From positions 1,213,693 through 1,277,692 of the forward strand of contig NW_002060953.1 of assembly GCF_000150275.1 (NCBI RefSeq): a DNA stretch of 64,000 nt, in the 5' to 3' direction. The notes below the pieces were generated by a model. That model searched no databases and was not told where the DNA came from. It saw only the letters and a program-made list of their open reading frames with translations. Positions 14,103 to 26,200 of this stretch are shown piece after piece. The position numbers and the translations under genes were made by a program. This DNA is from Trichoplax adhaerens. Lineage: Eukaryota; Animalia; Placozoa. The first letter of the stretch is position 1. Every line of letters starts with the position of its first letter.

Positions 14103-17100
14103 ATCAAGATTGTTCCGCGCGGATAACCAGAGAGACGGACTTTTTAACTTCAATAAGGCCGTAAACGTCGAAAAATGGCTACGTAGCAGTTGACTTAGAA
14201 TGGACCTTCTGTGTCTGTTTTCGAAATCATTGGTACAAATTTAAATAACATCTATGACCTTATATAACCATTTCTATTTCCAAGCAGAATTTAGTAACGG
14301 ACGGTAAGATTGAACGTAATATTACTTACTATTAATTTAGGAAAAAATCAGTCGATTTAAAATCGATCGTCTGTATACTAAAGTACTGTCATAATGAAGT
14401 GTTTGAACAATATTGGGACGAAATGAAGCCGAAAATGTCTGTCCGTCCAAGGGTGATCAGTCTACCTTCGCGTACATCCATACCAAAACTGACTCACACC
14501 GAAACACCATGTTTACGCATGCACCTTAGTGCCACTGTCGCAATTCACTGTCAACACTGGCATGGACTTCCAGCTCTCTCTGTGAATTACTTTAATGGGC
14601 GATTATATTTTATTTATTATTGAATATCGGATTGAATTAAATTTATTAATATAGTATAGTAATGACGGTGGCACGGGGAATTTGTTCAGGCTGTACTTAC
14701 TAGTGTGTATATATATATATACAGTAATCAATATCTGCAGTTCAGTAATGTACGTACAGTAAACTGGAATAGCTGGTGGCTGTATTAGTATTGGAATGGA
14801 GATCCTGTAATATCAACTATCGTACTCCAAAAATGAGAAAAGGCTCTCAGTTAGAAAGGCTGGCCAATCTGTTGTGACAAGTGGCATCCATCCTGTCTAC
14901 TCATACGTAGTCCATTTTACTATTTCCCTTCTCATTTGGCTACGATTTTGTACGCTTTTTATTGTCGTTTTATCCAGTGATGAAATCATGCACATAGAAT
15001 TTCACCACACCCTTCCAACACGCTAGTGTCATGGACTACGAAAAGAAGACCTGGACTGATCACTTTCGGCTTAATCTCATTCAAATATTGTGCCAAACGC
15101 ACCTCGTTATGTCCGTATTTTAGTATGGAGATTCGATTGATTTTAATCAAACTGACTGATTTTTTTTCCAAATGAAGTAATATTACTATTTACGTCGAAT
15201 CTTATGATCTGTTGCTAAGTTTTGCTTGGAAAGAGTTGTATAAGATCGTCGATGTTCTTTAAATTAGTACCAGTGATTTAGAAAACAGACACGGAAGATG
15301 GATACTAAGTACAGTAATCCTTCTTCCATGTTGACGGCCTCATTGGGTAAGAAAAGTCCGCCTATCTGAGGGATTGATCGGTCAAGGTCTTCTTCTAGTA
15401 CTGCCCCACCTCGCCTCCACGCCGGCAATCCGTCATAGTACTAGGGGAGTAGTAATACTTGCTTATGATTAATTTGTAGTGAAACCGTATCTCTTTCTTA
15501 CTGTTCATCGTCAAAATCGGATAAATAAATTTATTATAGAAGTTTATAATACTGTACTGTAGACAACGGAATAGCATTTCACCAAACTTTAATTCTCACA
15601 CTTGCGGCACATTGCCCGAATTATCAAACACTTCGTGAGACAAGAAGTGCATGATTGAGAACAAAGTCTTTGGGACAGTAAATTACGCATATCTACCGCT
15701 AGATAGCAGTACTTCTTTATGCCAATAAAATTATAAAATAGTTTAAATTAAATAATTCATATAACAGAGTGAGTTGTCTCATTACTTACTCGCTTAGTAT
15801 ATTTAGTATTATTCTAAAGGGTAGCATACTTTTACCACTTACGGAAAATCATTCAGTATCTGCAATAGGAACGGTCTTCAGGCTTGCTACTATGCAGCAT
15901 TGATTAAACAAATACGTACATATGTCTGTTGTCCTTTCGGCGCCTATACAACAAACAGAAACATTTCTAGTACTTCCTCCATTGGTATCGATATACTGTT
16001 ATTTCTCGAAACGATCCTGTTATTAATAACACAATAATTTTCGGTTAAGGAGCTCTCGTGCCTTACCAAAAATGAGCATATAATAAATAATAGTAACAAC
16101 AGTAATTCCCATAATAATATTTATTTACTGAAAGTATATTGAGCTCATATTCAATGGAAATGATTTGCATTTAATCATTTATCATTTATTCTCCAATTCA
16201 TAGAATAAAAAATAAAAGTCAAGACCTTGTGAAACTGTAAATGAGCACCCATGAAAAGGTGCTACTACGTGCAAGTACAGTATGCCACCGCATTCTAGAC
16301 GAATTGAGAACATTACTATACGAGTATTTGACAGAATAATCTCGAAGACAAGACGCAACTTTGTATGGCACTTAGGATGTACGCGATCTTCCATCTAACT
16401 GAAAGCTAACAAAAAAACGTGCTCGTCAAGTTCCCATACCTGAGTACATTATTTAAAACATAACTTACTCTATGGGATCCTTGCAACAAGCGAGATCACC
16501 TCCATTGGAAGCAAATTACTTTGTGCAAATTAAGCAAACATGACATGTGGAGAGGTGAAATCACGTGCACGTAGAGGTCATCGTTATTTGCATTCTGCAA
16601 TGCCTTTTTAGCTAGTCTACTATGTAGTTTGCAGAGTACAATTTCAACTGCATCAAATCAATTTTTAAAATAAACAAATTTCCTGACGGTTCCTTAATTA
16701 ATACTTATTACTGATATCTATTAGACCACAGTTAAAGTTCCGTGATAAAAATAATAAAAAATTAAAAATGCGGATGATATTTTTGCCAGCTCAACGTTAA
16801 ACCATACTTGCAGTTTTACCAAAATGACAATAAATAAAAAATAATTGAAATTACTAGAATAGAATAGATATAATCATTCCAGTAATATATCATGAGTTTG
16901 ATGAGATAAAAATTTTAATCTTGAAACAGCGCGATGAAATGTTATAGGAAATGCTACCGGTAGAACATTTGAATGATAATTAATATAAATTATTATGTAA
17001 GACGAACAGTACGCTATCTGTCTTTAAGCATTAATCTTGTTGCAAAGCTAATTAGGATTCAATGTGTTGACATCTGGTAGTTTATTGGAATAATGACTTC

Positions 17101-18383
17101 TGAGCATTATTGACTGCGTGTTTTTGATCCCAATGTCCTCAAACTTGTTGCAAGACATCGATATGTTTGAAATTATTCTCACGCCTTTACAAAATCAAGC
17201 ATAGTAAATTGCCAACGGTTTGCTAGATGTCGATAGAATTTCTACGAATTGCATGACAATGTTATGTTGTCTCAGCGATTCTGCAGTTACAGAACATTTT
17301 TACGTTAATCTGCAATGCATCGTGTTGAACGAGGGTAGGCGTAGTACAAATCTAGAGTGTTTTACATACTATCGTAGTTTAAATGATTGAAGAAAGTTGA
17401 ATAACAACTCAACCAACTGTATCTAATAACAGCAATGCTGTTATATAGTCATTGACAATAAATGTAAACACATAACTAGCAAGTATTAGCTGTCCATAGA
17501 TGAGCTTATGCTTTCTTTATTGTTATTTAAGAAAGATACCCATTAAATCATGCCCGATACGTTATTTACCTATCATTGCATAAAATAAAATCATACAGGA
17601 ATCTTTCGTATACAAACCATGCAGTATAAGGTAACAATGATAATTAGAATTGATCTTAATTAAAGTACCCATGGTCTAATGTATGTACAATTGTCTATAG
17701 CAGAGATTATGACCTTGACATTATGCACATAAATCGAATTTTTTTCCATTATGTACTTTAGAAATATCACGATCGCATAGTAAGCATATTGCCATATATA
17801 TTAAAGTAAACTGGCAATTGATACTAGGCACTACAAGCAGTAAATCTTATATTCCATGATATTCCAGAGATTGTTATCGTTTGCAACTTACTAATGAAAA
17901 AAAAAAAAAAAAGCAATGCAAACAGGTTTTAATTTTATGTACTTCATAGAGCTATATCTAATCTAAATGATCTCATTACGTGCTAATAGTAATTCTTATT
18001 CAGCGTCAATGCTATACTAGGTTACTCTTCCCTCTTTGAGACTAAGGCAAGCTCTACCTCGAATTCTTATTACCATTTATACGTGTAATATGTACGCATT
18101 AATTATCGTACTTTGAGAGAAATCATTGCCTTTTTTTAACATTGTTAAAAAATAATAAGCTAATATCAACGGAAGAACGCACTAGTATACTCGTATATAC
18201 TAGTTTATAAGGATCAATGCTCTGCTGTCATCGTTTGTGTGTGCTGTGTATTGAATAGCATATTATAATTTAATACAATCATTAAATAAATACTGCTTGA
18301 AAGTAAACAAAAAAATTTTTTTTCAAACCTATTTATACGGGCCATTATAGAATTTATTCATTATACATCGATGAAGGTGAACG

Positions 18384-20288
18384 ATGGCTGACAACAACAC
18401 TGATATGGAAATAAATGGCAAAGAAACCATCGAAAATCAGAAAGGACGCCGATTAACTAAACTCCAGGCTTTTTTAAAATGGTATCTAGCATTCGGTAAA
18501 AGTGTCTTAATTATTCTTATACCGATTTTATTATTGCCCTTGCCTATTGTCGGACAAAGTCGAATTGCTAGCACAGCCTATGCAGTTATTATTATCGCGT
18601 CCTTTTGGGTTTTGGAGTTAGTGCCGTTAGCTGTGACAGCTTTACTGCCGATATTTTTATTTCCAATCTTAGGAGTACTACCATCGAAAGATGTCGTACC
18701 CAATTACTTTAATAACACCATTGGGCTATTTGTAGGCGGATTAACTGTAGCAGTAGCTATCGAGCACACTAATTTTCATAAAAGAATTGCTTTGTACGTT
18801 TTAGTCTTACTAGGTGCAAAGCCGCACTTTTTATTTTTGGGCTTTATGATTGTCACAGCATTTCTATCTATGTGGATTAGTAATTCAGCTACTGCTGCAA
18901 TGATGATACCAATCGCAACCGCCGTCATTAGTGAATTATCTAAAAATGTCAGTACTGATGATAATAACGAATCAACAGTAGAAAATGAGGATAAAGATGG
19001 TGACCAAGCGATTCAATCAGGTACTTCCATAAAACAGAAAGAATTGTTACGACGTAATTCCAACGATTTAACCGTACAAGTTGCAGCCTCGGGCGAAGCA
19101 AATAGCGACGATGAAGGCTCAATAACGTTTAATCGAGAAAATAAGCCTGTCTTAAGTAAAAAGAAGTTTGATAAAGTTGTTAAGGGCTTAATTCTGTGTG
19201 TTCCTTACGCAGCTAATATTGGTGGCATAGCGACATTAACAGGAACTCCACCTAACTTAGTGTTAAGTGGAATAGCTTCAGATATGTATCCTAAAGCTCC
19301 ACAAATCGATTTTGCCAGATGGTTTGTCTACGGATGCCCAACGATGATCATTGTCTTATTTGTCGCCTGGTTGTGGCTAGTATTTTTCTTCGCTTATGAT
19401 GATCACAGTTGGAGAGGTATCATTCGTTTCTTCACTTGCAATCGAGTTTATAGGCAGGAAGGACCGGATAGATCGTGGGATACAGCTAGTGCTAGGAAAG
19501 TAATACAGATCGAGTACAAAAAATTAGGTAAAATGACCTACCAAGAATGGGTTGTTGGCATCTTGGGTATAGTACTTGTTCTTCTTTGGTTAACTCGTAA
19601 TCCAGGTTTTATTCCCGGTTGGGCAGCATTATTTCCCAAAGGTTATGTCTCCGATGCTACTTCAGCTATCTTGATTGCTTTTCTTCTTCATATGATCCCT
19701 GATATACCACCTTGGAAATATAACTTTTTTAACCCTCCAAAACGTGTAGGAAGAATTTTAACTTTTGATGTAACACAACGTAATTTATCATGGAATGTTA
19801 TCCTCTTACTTGGTGGTAGTTTTGCCCTTGCTAAAGCATGTGAATTATCTGGATTATCTAATTGGCTAGGCCAGCAAATGAATGTCTTCTCTAGTCTAGC
19901 TCCGTTTTTAGTCCAATTATTAATTTGTATTATTATCTGCTTTCTTACCGAAATTATGTCCAACACCGCGACAGCAACCATCTTTCTACCGTTAGTTGGC
20001 CAATTGGCGCAAAGTATGAATGTTAATCCTTATTATTTTATGTTACCAACAACTGTAGCAGCTTCCTTTGCTTTTATGCTGCCGGCTGCAACACCACCTA
20101 ACGCCATTGCCTTCTCGAGTGGATATGTACGTAGTATCGATATGGTCAAAACCGGATTAATGATGAATTTTATTGGAATACTTATTTTGGTAGCTATTAC
20201 GAATACTTTGGGAATCGCTGCTTTTAATCTGTCACATTTCCCTGAGTGGGCATATAGAAATGCCACTCTAACCACAGTAGCACCTTGA
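18384..20288 (+). CDS. SLC13/DASS family Na+-coupled di-/tricarboxylate (or sulfate) cotransporter, SLC13A2/3/5-INDY-like, intronless, 634 aa
   Basis: PLAVTALLP, FLSMWISNSATAAMMIPIA, YAANIGGIATLTGTPPNLV, LLGGSFALA, TEIMSNTATATIFLP and FMLPAATPPNAIAF are DASS signatures; many TM segments. Confidence 0.95.
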   Translation: MADNNTDMEINGKETIENQKGRRLTKLQAFLKWYLAFGKSVLIILIPILLLPLPIVGQSRIASTAYAVIIIASFWVLELVPLAVTALLPIFLFPILGVLPSKDVVPNYFNNTIGLFVGGLTVAVAIEHTNFHKRIALYVLVLLGAKPHFLFLGFMIVTAFLSMWISNSATAAMMIPIATAVISELSKNVSTDDNNESTVENEDKDGDQAIQSGTSIKQKELLRRNSNDLTVQVAASGEANSDDEGSITFNRENKPVLSKKKFDKVVKGLILCVPYAANIGGIATLTGTPPNLVLSGIASDMYPKAPQIDFARWFVYGCPTMIIVLFVAWLWLVFFFAYDDHSWRGIIRFFTCNRVYRQEGPDRSWDTASARKVIQIEYKKLGKMTYQEWVVGILGIVLVLLWLTRNPGFIPGWAALFPKGYVSDATSAILIAFLLHMIPDIPPWKYNFFNPPKRVGRILTFDVTQRNLSWNVILLLGGSFALAKACELSGLSNWLGQQMNVFSSLAPFLVQLLICIIICFLTEIMSNTATATIFLPLVGQLAQSMNVNPYYFMLPTTVAASFAFMLPAATPPNAIAFSSGYVRSIDMVKTGLMMNFIGILILVAITNTLGIAAFNLSHFPEWAYRNATLTTVAP

Positions 20289-23201
20289 TTAACTGCAATT
20301 GTTGCAACTACATACTTTACTTTGCAATTGCGAATTAACTGTAACATTCCACTTGATTAGTTTAAATGCAATTTAAAAGTTAGGAATTTTATCAATTAGA
20401 AGATTGAAATATTTAAGTTACAAGTGTTTATTAGTTTAAGAATCGATATACTTGAAGTTCTGCGAGCTCGTGTCAAAAAAAATTTCATTGAAATTGTTTA
20501 GGCTCTCTATTGTAAGAGAAATTATAGTTATATTAGTTCTATTGTATCGAATTTATTTCATTTCCATTTAAATTTTGATGAAAATTGCAGTTAACTGTGG
20601 TAACTGAGATGATTTCTATGTTATTACGCATACATATAATCTCATTGATCAACCTTAAAGTCTGTTTCCGCGTAATTAGTAAGTAACAATATATACCTTC
20701 TCTCGATCTACCGTCTTATCGTATGAACTATAGCACTATGAGGTATAAAAATTGAAAATGTTGAACAAAGGCATTAAATGGTCAAGTTTTTCCCTTATGC
20801 GCATTAACTTGCATATCTCTTATCTGATCGATTTGAGCAAAATCTTACTACTTCCTGATCTCTCAAAATTGCATAAAGTACCAATCAATTTGAGAGCTAA
20901 TACTCTTCAGGTAAGGATTGGGTTGCAACACAGAATTAATATGGATTTAGGCGATGCAAGCTTTTATAGACAGAGTTAGTCACCGGGACCTGTGTTGAAT
21001 AACATTGCTAGTGATATCATCGAGCTAACATAATTAGCCAGTTAATGATCTGCAATTTAGTATTACAGGCAAGTTTAAATTTCTTGTTGATGCTATGCTT
21101 GAGTACTATGAAACACTGATAGAACAGCTAGGTAATATAAACATTGGGCGAATGTATACTATAAGAAATGAGTGTAATCAAGGCTACCAGCGTTAATATT
21201 AGGATGATTTTTAGGCTTAAAAGATACGTCAACATTATCATACCGTATGTAAATTGTCAATCATCAAGATGTAGAATACCAAGGGTCTATTAAGATCGTT
21301 AACATTTAGTTTGAAGATCGATAAAGATGAAGAAATAGAGACTAATTATAGCTTTTGTAATTGTAAGGGCTTGTCACTATAATATGATTTTTCTCTCTTA
21401 CAGAAGCAATTAAAAGTAGTCATAAAATTTCTATAAATGAAATTTCTTATAAGGATTGATAATAAACGATTACATTTGCAGTACTTTAACGAAATGGAGC
21501 TAAATTTATATCGCAGCTATTGTGATAAATGTATATTTAATGCGATTGAATTAAATACAGACAAAGTCCACGAGGCAGATTCTTTAAAATTCATCTTGAA
21601 AGCTTGCGATTTTGAATATTATTGGAATTTTCAATGAGCTAATGCTGCTATTTCATTCCTAAAAGTAAATTAGTTTTGGAATATTAACAGCCAATCAATC
21701 TTAAAGGCAATATTGCAACCTAAGTATACAGTAACATTGATGGAGGTACTAGCTAAAACATTGACAAGTAATTTATTAGCAACATATGGATTCAATAAAA
21801 CCTTATATATTTTTTATCGTCAAAATCTGTAGTCGATTGCTAATGCGGGCTTATAGTGCAATAGATGCCGTAATTGCTCATGTAATAACTAAATTCAGCG
21901 ATTTATAGCGGTTAATAAGTAAATACTGTTAAAAGCTATTATCTCACACGTACCTAGCATGATGAATAATTAAATTATCGCTTCTCTGTCAATTCAAGTA
22001 TGTACTTGAAATAGTATTACAGCACACCATGAAGACCAAAATGTTAGGAAGGGGTATGATTACCTCATACCTTTATTTATTATCAGAACTGAAACTAGAT
22101 CATAAAGTAATTTACCAAATTCCATTCATAACGCTGTTCAGCTAAAAATGTTGTATTTAATTCTTTTATGAATGTCATAATTAAATAACCGTGCTGAACG
22201 TATCATTGGTATTTTCTATTACTTATCTTTAATTTATTTCAAGTCATATCTTGATACCATTATGAATGACATTGACTGAAGTTAAGTATTTCGAAATACT
22301 TAGATCATAACTATTACTATATATATTTTCACACGTGCTACTAATTTATTTGGATATTTGCTTTTTAAAAACAAACTATTTTTTTGATAAATATTTTTAT
22401 TGATAGGTACAATTTACATTTTACTCAACTGATAGTAGAAATATCGGCTATGGAATATTATTATTCACGCTATTCGACGGCAAGATAGAGCCAATAAATA
22501 TGATTGATCGTGATTAATTCAGTAATTCTTCATTTATTCATAACATTTGTAAAAGGGCAGCAATTGCATGTACAAGAAACCAAAAATGTATCGAATTATA
22601 TTTAAATGTTATACTGGAATAACCCATTTCTATATGAAATGATCATATTTGAGTTTATATCCATGAGATTGCTTTACTCCTTAAATTTAGAGATTAATAT
22701 GGTATTACCAGTTCTAACATATAGCCAAATTAATACTTCACTTAAATTTAATTGATTTAAAAAAAGACCGTCTCTTAACATATTTCTATCACGATGGCAA
22801 TATAAGCTTTTCATAGAATTTGTTTCAAACGTATTAAGTTAGAAAATCGACAGCTATAAGTATTACAAAGTATTTGGAATAAAATAAAATATCTGTTCGT
22901 AAGATATCAAGCATGGAGAAACGGAGTTCATGTCAAGTACTTCATACCCTACTTCCTGTTTCAATGGTATTATTCAGCATCCTTAACGGTAAAATCGAAA
23001 CAATTAGTAATCTAAATTTTTATCATAGCTCAATATGTAAATCGCATTCTAGCAACTTATGGAAATGCATATGTGAATAGAATTAATTAAATAGAATATA
23101 GGAATTATAATTTATATGTTATCATAGGATATCCAACAAAAATCTTTTGATTCTTATCAACCAATATTGCCTTGTTGCTTAGTCTACGTTTATGCTGTTA
23201 T

Positions 23202-26200
23202 TCAAAAGCTGATATCATGAAATTTTGACGTGATTGCGATTTTCGTAGGACTATAAAATAGTAATCTCATAATTGATACTTTTTAAATCTAAGCTTAGAA
23301 ATTAATTATACATGGATAGTCTATGGTTATAGGAAATGTTCTAACCCTAACCCTAACCCTAACTCTATGGTTATAGGAAACATTAGCAGAGATCCATTCA
23401 CTATTGTAAGAAGTCAGAATTATATCGAAAGTAGAATTACTTAATTTGAGAAATCTGAGAAATAATATAGTTAAACATTTAGGTGATATGAGTTCACTGA
23501 TGGATGTAATAGCAAATAGCAATCATATAAAATAGCGAATCTATTCACATCAGATTTTAGTGGCAAGTTTCAATTTTCTATAACGAAAAAAATCCGTTTT
23601 TGTAAATTAATCTGTGGCAATGCTTACCCTGAAATTTGATCTTCTTTAATGCTATTTCTTGTGGCATTAGTATTAGCTACCATAGTAGTATCTGCGTGGA
23701 AAAAAATCGATTAATAGTAAAAGTAAAAGGAGAGATTATCGTATTTGTAATATTTCTTTAGCTAACAAGGATACGGCAATACAGGTATATAATTATCGCT
23801 ATAGTCAAGCGAAAATCTAAATTCTTACCTTGGCTTGTTTTAATGATTTCCGTATCGTTAGGTGTAGAACAGATATTTATGATAGCAGCTGTTAATCCTT
23901 TTTCATGTAAATAGTAGACGGCAAGATCGAAGGCAATTAGAGACAAGATAATGCATACTACAATAATAGCACCGAGTTGGGATGTGGAAAGCTGAGCTTG
24001 AGCTGCAAAAAAATATAAGTTATCGTAAATATTGAATAATAATTTAACTAATACATTTTATTAAATATGCGTATTTTTGAAGAATATTTGGATACTTGCA
24101 TCTAATTTACTCCATGCATATTACGTTATTAATGTACTACACTAAGCAAATTTTCCGATATTTGAGATAAAACTTTAATATTTTAATACATAAACAAATA
24201 AATAAGTGATATCCATTAGCTAATATGTATGATTACCATTTGGTGGAGGAGTTGGAGCTAAAGATTGCATGTAGTACAAAAATGAATATGAAAGAGTTAA
24301 TACCATGCTAAAATAATAATTTCTGGTGCCTTGATGGCTGTGACATTATTCTATTTTATTGCATTTCATGTAGACTAGCTTACATAGTGTAACATTCCAG
24401 GTCCTAGTAGGACTACTTCTTCCTGCTTTAGTATATGTAAACATTCGAACATCATATTGACCTCCAAACGGTAAATTGTAGATTGTATGGGATCTTTCGT
24501 AACTGGGCACATAAAATTCCGACCAATTGTATCGAGAGCTATGTAATTTATATGAGATGATATAACTTATGATAGGAACTCCTCCGTTGTCTATTGCAGT
24601 CTGCCAATTGATCAAGAAAGAATCTTTCGATAGTAGCCTAATTTCGATATTGGTCGGCGGGCTAGGCAGACCTAGGGAAAATGTAGCCACTATAGTTATG
24701 CACAAAAGTATAGTACAGACAGCAAAAAAATTTAAATCAAACAGTCGTCTATAATCTGTTATGGGCCTAGGCAGCAAATAACATCAGTTTTCTACCTGGC
24801 TTTGCTGTTCTAAATATCATAGTAGCTGACTTTCCGTATCCTGCTTCGTTAGATGCGCTAACTTCGACGATGTAGTCAGTGTTATCGACCAAATTATTTA
24901 ATGTTATTTGGCTACTTGGCGTATATTGATATTGCTTTCTCAAATTTTTTCGATAATAAGCAATTCTATACATTTGTATAATTCCACCACCTTGATTGAT
25001 TGGAGATGACCAACTTATAGTTAATGAGTGCGTCGTTGTAGAGCGAACCGTAACAGATCTAGGAAAACTAGGAAAGCCTGTTAATAGATAAATAAAAAAG
25101 TTATTGAAAAATCTGTTTTATAATGTAACTGTTTCATGGCTGTAGAAATTGTGCTAATTATTTTATTTGCAAAATTTACTCTATTCCAAAGTTGTTTACA
25201 AAATGTCTATATATCAAACACGTCAGGTACAGCTAATCTGCTTCAATATGTAAATATTCTACTATCCTGACAACTAAGGCATTTGTTTAGTTTACAAAAT
25301 GTGCCATGTTGTTAAAGTTGTTTACCCAGTGTCTATAAGACAGAATATTTACAGTTCAACTCACTTATTTCTTGGAGTTGGATAATTCGGCGATGTGCAG
25401 CATTCTGTTAATTCGATTATAAGTTGAACATACATAATTGCCAAAATTACTTCTATTTAATCCATATATCGTTAAATTACTCAAAATAGCAATACTAGAT
25501 AGGTTTTTACTAGTGATGGTAATTGAGGGGTTAACTTGACGAGTAATATTAATATTATCTTTAGACCAATAGATTAATGGTCGTGGACTCCCCGAAGCAC
25601 GGCAAAGCAAAGTAGTTTTACCAGTAACAGCTCCACGTACGATCGGTAATCCAAAAGAACTATCTACTTGAGCCCTAACTAGAATTGAACGTTGAAAGGA
25701 GAATGAGCTTAAATTCACTTATATCACCTAGTAATCTCGCTTTCTAAATATAATATTTTGAAATGAGATTGATATTGAAATTATAGTCACACCCTTACCA
25801 TTGGTAGTAATTTGTGTAGTTCTGTTTGATGTGAAAGGTATGTTATTGCTGCTAGAACAGGTATAAATACCAGCTTGATTAAGACCAACGTTAGTCATAT
25901 TCAAATAACTTGTAACAGTTTCTCCTCGAACAATGTCTTGTTTAACGGCACCACCAATTCCCTGATCAACATAAAATATTTATTTTTAGGTTGCTTTCAC
26001 ACCTACTAAAATACGACTAGGTAATGTACTCAATTATTATCGAACAGATTACATAATTCTTATATTACCAATGCCGTAACAGTCACTGTTATAAGGCGAA
26101 ATCCGACAAGTACTTACTATATTTACAAATTGACCATCTCTATACCATGTTATTCTAGGTCTTGGATAGCCCGTTGTAATACATCGCAATGAAATAGCGC

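Noticed and set aside
16182-16394. 70-aa minus-strand ORF in a slightly GC-richer patch
   Set aside because: No recognisable motif in the frames examined.
17897-17912. A16 tract as the retrogene tail of SLC13
   Set aside because: It lies upstream of the CDS, on the wrong side, and has no clear TSD.
19688-20347. Antisense ORFs inside SLC13 (similarly 9824-10078, 24569-24754, 47981-48172)
   Set aside because: Shadow ORFs opposite genuine coding exons.
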